64,000 bases of DNA from NCBI GenBank assembly GCA_965203905.1, contig CBDBDQ010000005.1, forward strand, positions 2,688,001 to 2,752,000, written 5' to 3'. This DNA is from Spirochaetia bacterium. GTDB taxonomy: Bacteria; Spirochaetota; Spirochaetia; SZUA-6; Bin103. The notes beneath the pieces are model-generated. The model saw only the letters and a list, made by a program, of their open reading frames with translations, did no database searches and was not told the origin of the DNA. Below are positions 57,671 to 64,000 of this stretch, piece by piece (positions within the stretch are counted from its first letter, which is position 1; every line of letters begins with the position of its first letter). The position numbers and the translations under genes are program-made.

Positions 57671-58660
57671 ATGAAGCTCTGGGATCCTCACTTTCACATC
57701 TGGGACGTGGCGGCGGGAGTTGACGACGCCGGATACTCCCTGGCCAGCTACGAACGCGATGTCGCCAGCGCCCCGAAACCGCCGCCTCACGGCGTCGCTT
57801 TCGGCCCAGCCCCGCCTACCGTACGGAGTCCTGTCGGATCTGCCGCTCACGCGCCAATCCGACAGACTCCTAACGATGGCTTCGAGCTGATCGGCGGCAC
57901 GTTTCTGGAGGTGATGAGCGCGCAGCACGCCGGCGTGGAAGGGGAAGCCTTCGCCGCCGCCTGCTCCGCCGAAGCGGAGTGGGTTTCGCGACAGCTCGGA
58001 GCCGGGCGGCTCCCCTACGTGATGGTGCCATCCGCGCCGCTGGAGCACGAGGGTGTGCCGGCGCTGCTGCAGCGACTGGCCGCCGACGAGCGCGTCCGCG
58101 GCATCCGCCAGATCCTCAACTACGAGCCATCCTGGCCGCGCAACGGTCATCTCGGCAACCTGCTCGAGCGTGCGGCATGGCGCCAGGGGTTCGGATTGCT
58201 GGCGGAGTACGGGCTGCGATTCGACCTGCAGCTCAACCCGCACCAGTTCGCTGCCGCCGCGCGCCTGGTGGCGGCTCATCCGCGGATTCCGGTGGTGATA
58301 AATCACCTGGGGACCCCGACCCTCGCCGACCTGCGTGGCGAGACCTATTGGGACGGGATGCGCGCCTTTGCCGATTGCGCCCATACCAGCATCAAGCTGT
58401 CGATGCTTCCCTACGTCGACGGGGAGTGGGACACGAACGCACTGGTTACCGAGAGCGTCCTGCGCGTCATCGAGCTGTTCGGCGTGGAGCGCTGCTTCTT
58501 CGCCTCGAACTTTCCCGTCGATCTCAAGTCCGGGTGGCCGGCGGCGCGCCTGTTCGGGGCGTTCGCACGTCTGGTGGGCGCGATGCCGGAGGCGGACCGG
58601 CAGCGGCTGTTCGCCGACAACGCCCGGCGCGCCTACGGAGTCGCTGACCGCGAAGAGTAG
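57671..58660 (+). CDS. Amidohydrolase_2 family protein (sugar lactonase-like) with Pro-rich insert
   Basis: DPHFHIWD, VRGIRQILN, FDLQ, INHLG, IKLS, FASNFPVD, NARRAY. Confidence 0.87.
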   Translation: MKLWDPHFHIWDVAAGVDDAGYSLASYERDVASAPKPPPHGVAFGPAPPTVRSPVGSAAHAPIRQTPNDGFELIGGTFLEVMSAQHAGVEGEAFAAACSAEAEWVSRQLGAGRLPYVMVPSAPLEHEGVPALLQRLAADERVRGIRQILNYEPSWPRNGHLGNLLERAAWRQGFGLLAEYGLRFDLQLNPHQFAAAARLVAAHPRIPVVINHLGTPTLADLRGETYWDGMRAFADCAHTSIKLSMLPYVDGEWDTNALVTESVLRVIELFGVERCFFASNFPVDLKSGWPAARLFGAFARLVGAMPEADRQRLFADNARRAYGVADREE

Positions 58661-58680
58661 CCCGAGTTCATCTCCAGGGT
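58641..58680 (+). repeat. 40 bp dispersed repeat, GTAG-REP-like (copy B)
   Basis: 37/40 identical to 52321-52360; its TAG (58658-58660) is the amidohydrolase stop codon. Confidence 0.75.
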
Positions 58681-58801
58681 GCAACCGGCGCAGCACTTGG
58701 CGCAAGATTGGCGCAAGCCTACACACCGGCAAAGGATGGGCTCTTTGCCACCGGATGCTGCACTTGCCGCTGCCGTAGTGCGTGCTCTAGTATGCGGCCG
58801 T

Positions 58802-59968
58802 ATGCAACAGAAAGCGCCGGAGCGCGAGTTCCCGCCGCTGGAACGGGTGCGCCGGGACCTGCGCGTCAAGTGGTACCGCTGCCCGATCGAGCCTGCGAAG
58901 CTGCGCCAACTGATGCAGCGGAGCGACCTGCAGGGCGCCTTCCAGACCCTCGGCCACCTGGGCCTGTGGGCCGCCTGCGGCGCGGCCACCGCCTGGTTCT
59001 TCATCCACGGCATGTGGCTGCCGTTCGCCATCGCGCTCTGGTGCCAGGGCACGGTGGGCACCTTCATGCGCGGGCTCGGCACCCACGAGCTCGGCCACGG
59101 TACCGTGTTCAAGACCAAGTGGCTCAACCGCTTCTTCCTGGTGCCGATGTCGCTGCTCACCTGGTGGAGCTACCACGAGTACGCGATGAGCCACACCTAT
59201 CACCATCGCTACACGCTCTATCCGGAGGACGACCGCGAGGTGGTGCTGCCGATCGACCTGCCCCTGAAGCCGCTGCAGATTCTGCAGCGGCTCACCGTCA
59301 ATGTGCAGGGGATGTTTCTGACCATCGGGGCCACCGTGCGCATGGCCATTCCCTACTACCGCCGCGACCTGACCGGCATCCGCACCAGCGAGTGGACCGA
59401 GGCGCTGTTCAAGGTGGCCCCCGAGGTAGAGCGCAAGGCGGTGCGCTTCGCCCGCCTGACGATCCTGTTTCACGGCGGCCTGCTGGTGGTGTCGGCGCTG
59501 ACCGGCGCCTGGTGGATCTCGATCGTGTTCACCGGCTTCCTGTTCTGCGGCAACTGGCTGACCGGGCTGGTGGGCACGCCGATGCACGTCGGGCTGATGG
59601 ACGGCGTACCCGACTTTCGCATGAGCGTGCGCTCCAACCGGCTCGACCCGTTCACGTCGTTCCTGTACTGGCGCATGAACTGGCACACCGAGCACCACAT
59701 GTTCGCCGGCGTGCCCTGCTACAACCTGAAGAAGCTGGCGCGCGAGATCGCCCCCGACATGCCGGAGCTGCGCGGCCTGTGGCAGAGCTGGCGGGAGATG
59801 ATCGAGACCGAGAAGCGGCGCCGCACCGATCCCACCTACCAGTACCAGACGCCGCTGCCGCCGACCGCCCACCCCGCCGTGCTGAGCGAGGAGGACGTGC
59901 CCTCGCGCAAGGGTGAGCGCGCACGGATGGAATCCTCGATCGGCGAGTTGGCCCCCGCAGGCCGGTAG
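58802..59968 (+). CDS. Fatty acid desaturase family protein (paralogue of 52365-53603)
   Basis: HELGH, HTYHH, HTEHH; shares VKWYR, DREVVLP, GVPCYNL, TPLPPTAHP with the paralogue. Confidence 0.88.
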   Translation: MQQKAPEREFPPLERVRRDLRVKWYRCPIEPAKLRQLMQRSDLQGAFQTLGHLGLWAACGAATAWFFIHGMWLPFAIALWCQGTVGTFMRGLGTHELGHGTVFKTKWLNRFFLVPMSLLTWWSYHEYAMSHTYHHRYTLYPEDDREVVLPIDLPLKPLQILQRLTVNVQGMFLTIGATVRMAIPYYRRDLTGIRTSEWTEALFKVAPEVERKAVRFARLTILFHGGLLVVSALTGAWWISIVFTGFLFCGNWLTGLVGTPMHVGLMDGVPDFRMSVRSNRLDPFTSFLYWRMNWHTEHHMFAGVPCYNLKKLAREIAPDMPELRGLWQSWREMIETEKRRRTDPTYQYQTPLPPTAHPAVLSEEDVPSRKGERARMESSIGELAPAGR

Positions 59969-60046
59969 ACGTACGGATCGGAATTCCGGCGGTACTGCCT
60001 GCCCGCTCCCGGCTGACGTCGCTCGCTTGCCGTTCCGGTCGCGTCA

Positions 60047-60160
60047 CTATTCAGCCGCGCGGCCGATACCGCGCTTGGCGCCGCCGAACCGCCCGCTCTG
60101 CCCGCGCAGGCGCGGGTCGAGCAGGTCGCGGACCGCGTCGCCGGTGTGTACACGACCATC
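60047..60160 (-). pseudogene. 3' remnant of a DppC-like permease
   Basis: MVVY / GDAVRDLLDPRLRGQSGRFGGAKRGIGRAAE*, the two parts out of frame; matches the C-terminus of the permease at 53732. Confidence 0.7.
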
Positions 60161-60245
60161 CCAGATTCAGACCGGATCATGCTGCGGGGGCCTTTGTCTT
60201 GACGCAAGGTGGCAGGCGATTCAGCATGCGTTTGGGGGGCGTACG

Positions 60246-61253
60246 ATGCATTACCAGCTTCAGAACCTTGGCAGGGGCGTGATGGTGCCCTGCATCGACC
60301 GGGATCTGACCGGCTCTCCGGATACGCCGGCGCGGCGCGGGCTGGCGGCTGGCATCTACGAGGTCGTGGACCGGGAGGGCGGGCTGCTGATCCGTCAGAC
60401 CGGCATCGAAGACACTGACCAGTACGGAGCATTCCTGGCCTCCATCGACTTTCACCACCATTCGTACGTCGGCGGCACCACGCCCAGGAGCGAGCGAGGC
60501 GGTGGCGTGTATACCGCGACCGAGCTGCCGCCCTCGGTCACGCTGCACAGCCACCAGGAGATGTCCTATCTCGACTCGGTGCCGGACTACGTCTCCTTCT
60601 ACTGCGAGCGTCCGCCCGACCACCGGCAGAAGACCAACCTGTTCGTCGACATGCGCGCGTTCACCGCCCACCTCCCGGCGGAGTTCACGGAGCGCTACCG
60701 CGGCCGGAGGGCGCGCCTGCAGCGCACGCTGGCCAGCAACGACCCTGGTCCGGCGGTGCCCGGCAGGAAGTACTGGCAGGACTCCCTCGGCACCACCGAC
60801 CGCGGCGAGGCGGAGGCGATTGCGAACGAACATGGCTGGGATCTCACCTGGAAGGCTGACGGGTCGCTGGTGATCCTGCAGGAACCGGCCCGGTTCTTTC
60901 GGCCACATCCCATTCACGGCGAGATGTGGTGCACCCAGGCGATGCTCATCAACCCCGTCACCCGGTTGCGCGACGCACAGCAGGATGGCCGGCACGAGGA
61001 TGCGGCCCGCATCGAGCGGCAGCGCGCCGCCGACCCGGACAGCCTGGACCAGATGTTCCTGGAGGACGGCAGCCGCGTTCCGGATGCCGACGTGCACCTG
61101 TGGTTCGACCTGATGCTGAAGCACGAAACCCGATTCGCGCTGCAGCGCGGCGACGTGCTGGTCCTGGACAACATGCTGATCGGCCACGGCCGCAGCTCCT
61201 TCGAGGGCCCGCGCCGGATGTTCGCAGCACTGGGCAGCCGCCGGGCCGCATGA
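60246..61253 (+). CDS. TauD/TfdA family (SyrP-like) Fe(II)/2OG dioxygenase
   Basis: GGTTPR, VYTATE, HQEMSY, FYCERPP, GDVLVLDNMLIGHGR. Confidence 0.88.
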   Translation: MHYQLQNLGRGVMVPCIDRDLTGSPDTPARRGLAAGIYEVVDREGGLLIRQTGIEDTDQYGAFLASIDFHHHSYVGGTTPRSERGGGVYTATELPPSVTLHSHQEMSYLDSVPDYVSFYCERPPDHRQKTNLFVDMRAFTAHLPAEFTERYRGRRARLQRTLASNDPGPAVPGRKYWQDSLGTTDRGEAEAIANEHGWDLTWKADGSLVILQEPARFFRPHPIHGEMWCTQAMLINPVTRLRDAQQDGRHEDAARIERQRAADPDSLDQMFLEDGSRVPDADVHLWFDLMLKHETRFALQRGDVLVLDNMLIGHGRSSFEGPRRMFAALGSRRAA

Positions 61254-61324
61254 CCCCGACCGGCCCGGCGCTGCCCGGTCCCGCGCGTCTGTGTGCGCTT
61301 CCGGCGGCGCGGTAAGATGAGGCG

Positions 61325-62911
61325 ATGACCCGACGCCGGCTGCCCATCGGCATCCAGACCTTCCGCACCCTGCGCGAACGGGACTGCTACTACGTGGACA
61401 AGACCGCCTACATGGAGCGGCTGCTCGACGAAGGCACCCATTACTTTCTGTCGCGCCCGCGGCGGTTCGGCAAGAGCCTGTTCCTGGACACGCTGAAGGA
61501 ACTGTTCCAAGGCAGCAAGGAGCTGTTCGAAGGGCTGCACATCCACGCGGGGCACAACTGGTCGGAGCGGCATCCGGTGGTGCGGCTGAGCTTCGGCGGC
61601 AGCAGCTTCACGGAGCACGCGCATCTGCACGCGAACGTGATGGCGCAGTTGGAGGGGATGGCGGAACAGCAGGGCGTGAGCGTGCGCTACGCCACCGGGC
61701 CGGAGCGGTTCGCGCATCTGCTCAGGAGCTTGCATGCGCGTGCCGGGCAGCGGGTGGCGGTGCTGGTGGACGAGTACGACAAGCCGATCCTGGACGCGCT
61801 GGAGACGCCGGAGGTCGCGCGCGCCAACCGCGACTACCTGCGCGGGCTGTACGGGGTGATCAAGGACAGCGACGCGCACGTCCGGTTCGCGTTTCTGACC
61901 GGCATCAGCAAGTTTTCCAAGGTGAACCTGTTCTCGCAGTTGAACAACCTCACCGACCTCACGCTGGATCCCGTCTTCTCGTCGATCTGCGGGTACACGG
62001 AGGACGATCTGGACGCGGTGTTCGCCCCGGAGCTTGACGGGCTTGATCGGGCGCAGGTGCGCGAGTGGTACAACGGCTATGGTTGGCGCGGTAACGAAAG
62101 AGTGTACAACCCCTTCGACGTGCTGCTGTTGCTGCGCCGCCGCGAGTTCGAGGCGCATTGGTTCGAGACCGGGACGCCCGCGTTCCTGGTGGACACGCTA
62201 TTCCAACGCCGCGTCTCGTCGGTGTCGCTGGGGGATATGGTGAGCACGGGAGAGTTGCTGTCGGAGTTCGACGTCGGTGGCCGCTCCGCCGCCGAGCACA
62301 TCGGCACCGAGGCACTGCTGTTCCAGACCGGTTACCTGACGATTGTGGGGGAGGAGCGGTTAGGCGGCGAGTCGCTGTACCAACTCGGCTATCCGAATCG
62401 CGAAGTGCGCCAGAGCCTGAACCGCGTGCTGCTGCGCCAACTGGTGCAAGACACGGGGCAGCAGATGGCCAACAGCATGCGTCTGGCGCGGCTGCTGCAG
62501 GCGCACGACTGCGCGGGGTTGAAGGCGCTGTTCCACGCCTTTTTCGCGAGCATTCCGTATCAGAGGTATGCCGCCGACGGTGGTCGGCGGACGAACAACC
62601 ACATCGCCGACTACGAAGGATTCTACGCGAGCGTGGTGTATTCCTATTTTGCGGCGCTGGGGTACGAAATCGCGGTGGAGGAGTCGAGCAGCCACGGCCG
62701 GCTCGACATGGCGGTGCGCACCGGCGGGCACGTTTACTTGTTCGAGTTCAAGGTGGCGGAGCTGTCGTCTCCGGGATCGGCCCTGGCACAGTTGCGAGAG
62801 CGGGACTACGCGGCGAAGTACCGGGGACGGGGCGAGCCGATCCACCTTATCGGAGTGGAGTTCAGCCGCGCTACGCGCAACGTGACGGCATTCGAGGTGG
62901 CCGACGGCTGA
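61325..62911 (+). CDS. AAA-ATPase-like domain + PD-(D/E)XK nuclease protein
   Basis: LPIGIQTF, YYVDKT, SRPRRFGKS, LVDEYDKP, YNPFD, FQTGYLT, GRLDM, LFEFK. Confidence 0.9.
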   Translation: MTRRRLPIGIQTFRTLRERDCYYVDKTAYMERLLDEGTHYFLSRPRRFGKSLFLDTLKELFQGSKELFEGLHIHAGHNWSERHPVVRLSFGGSSFTEHAHLHANVMAQLEGMAEQQGVSVRYATGPERFAHLLRSLHARAGQRVAVLVDEYDKPILDALETPEVARANRDYLRGLYGVIKDSDAHVRFAFLTGISKFSKVNLFSQLNNLTDLTLDPVFSSICGYTEDDLDAVFAPELDGLDRAQVREWYNGYGWRGNERVYNPFDVLLLLRRREFEAHWFETGTPAFLVDTLFQRRVSSVSLGDMVSTGELLSEFDVGGRSAAEHIGTEALLFQTGYLTIVGEERLGGESLYQLGYPNREVRQSLNRVLLRQLVQDTGQQMANSMRLARLLQAHDCAGLKALFHAFFASIPYQRYAADGGRRTNNHIADYEGFYASVVYSYFAALGYEIAVEESSSHGRLDMAVRTGGHVYLFEFKVAELSSPGSALAQLRERDYAAKYRGRGEPIHLIGVEFSRATRNVTAFEVADG

Positions 62912-63079
62912 CGCTGGCCGCTGCATTGCCGCGAGCGCCATGGTGTCGGACTGACGCTGGTCACGGCCGACGGGGATCTGTGCGCCTGCCCCGACATCGA
63001 CGTGCTTCCCGATTCCCCGTAACCGCAGAATCTGACGGCCCCCACGTCCGCCAGAGCCGGGAAACGGGAAACGTGCAAT

Positions 63080-63108
63080 TTGACAGACTGCGACGGGCGG
63101 CGCATAGT
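63080..63108 (+). promoter_or_regulatory. Sigma70-like promoter upstream of a long leader
   Basis: TTGACA(63080-63085)-N17-CATAGT(63103-63108). Confidence 0.55.
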
Positions 63109-63485
63109 AATTCATTCGGGCCGTTCCGGACTCATGCCGACGAAGCCTCATCATAGCACTCAGCGCCCCCCCCAAAGGGGCGGGCCTCCAAGTATTTGTA
63201 CGAGAAGCATAAACGTACGGGCTGAGTGGGCGCGACGCCATGCGCGCCACGTCACAGCATGCCGCTGGCGTTGCCAGCTACTGCTACCGACACTTGCGCC
63301 GTCGCCGGCCACCGCTCCTCGCGGCGCTCCCGACCCAGGTGCGTGTACGGGTCCAAGGAGGTGCCGCATGTAGACTCGGGGCTGCCGTTCTCGCTCTCCA
63401 GGCACCCGGCGATTGCGGGTGATCTACGAGAGTGGGCGAGGGATGGGCAGTGGCATCAGCACTCTCGAGCATTCAGGAGTCCAGG

Positions 63486-64000
63486 ATGCAATACGTAATC
63501 TTTCGCAAGTTCCTCGCGGTCCTGGTCGGGCTCGTCCTGGCCGCGACCGGCCTCTGGGCGGCTGCCGCACAAGAAGAGCCGGCAGCCGCTATGGAAAAGG
63601 AGATGGTGACCGACCCCACCACCGGCGAGATGGTCACCGCGCCGCAGTATGGCGGGACCTTGATCGCGGCCATGCCGAGCGACCCCGCCGGCTCCGACGC
63701 CTATTTCGGACATCCTACGATGAAGGCGATCGAGCAGGTGTGCGAGATGCTGGCCGGGATTGACTGGGGAGTAGACCGCGACGAGCATGGCTTGAACCGC
63801 ATATACCTCCCCGACATTGCCCTGACCGGAAGGCTGGCCGAACGCTGGGAGATGTCGGCGGACGGTCTCACCCTTACCTTCCACATCCGCCAGGGCGTTC
63901 ACTGGCACGACAAGGCGCCGATGAACGGCCGCGAGCTCACTGCCGAGGATGTCGAATACAACTGGCGCCGCTATACCGGTCTGGGCAGCGGCTTCACCGA
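63486..64000 (+). CDS. Family 5 ABC substrate-binding protein, 5' part (runs off window edge)
   Basis: Manual translation MQYVIFRKFLAVLVGLVLAATGLWAAAAQEEPAAA...APQYGGTL...LAERWE...FHIRQGVHWHDKAPMNGRELTAEDVEY; SD AGGAG. Confidence 0.88.
   Translation, partial: MQYVIFRKFLAVLVGLVLAATGLWAAAAQEEPAAAMEKEMVTDPTTGEMVTAPQYGGTLIAAMPSDPAGSDAYFGHPTMKAIEQVCEMLAGIDWGVDRDEHGLNRIYLPDIALTGRLAERWEMSADGLTLTFHIRQGVHWHDKAPMNGRELTAEDVEYNWRRYTGLGSGFT

Noticed and set aside
1-64000. Many long antisense or alternate-frame ORFs (e.g. 13424-15364 +, 50118-52340 +, 55680-57674 +, 39041-40858 +)
   Set aside because: Shadow ORFs of high-GC genes: Arg/Pro/Ala-rich or antisense to well-supported genes, with no motifs.
1-64000. 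CRISPR array, tRNA, rRNA
   Set aside because: No regularly spaced repeats or recognisable structural-RNA signatures seen by eye.

Overview
High-GC bacterial chromosome segment (roughly 65-70% GC by eye, with lower-GC patches). The MraY N-terminus and the '(A)GEEE/AAA' style solute-binding-protein leaders suggest a spirochaete; the many PhyH dioxygenases, an ankyrin protein and AAA/PD-(D/E)XK genes suggest a sponge-type symbiont (both inference). Core genes are mraY (partial), purF, a FutA-type Fe(III)-binding protein and nudC. Most of the window is catabolic: three ABC importer clusters plus a partial SBP, 6 PhyH and 1 TauD Fe/2OG dioxygenases, a Rieske oxygenase, 2 desaturases, 2 ceramidase-like hydrolases, 2 enolase-superfamily enzymes, 4 TIM-barrel isomerases and 2 Gfo/Idh/MocA enzymes. 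Defence and mobile DNA: an XRE-IrrE + DUF4411 PIN cassette bracketed by a ~263 bp direct repeat, a Fic gene whose catalytic motif is deleted in frame, an SBD-HNH phosphorothioate-type nuclease, a decayed nuclease-STAND (Avs-like) gene, an intact RIT element with 88 bp inverted ends inserted beside a 34 bp palindrome, and TA modules. Finer-scale signals: repeated loss of catalytic cores by internal deletion, palindromes inside coding frames, a candidate ~65 nt sRNA, a GTAG-REP-like pair and a structured leader with an SD-AUG-UAG element. No rRNA, tRNA or CRISPR array was seen. All product calls are motif-based and made by eye; no database searches were run.
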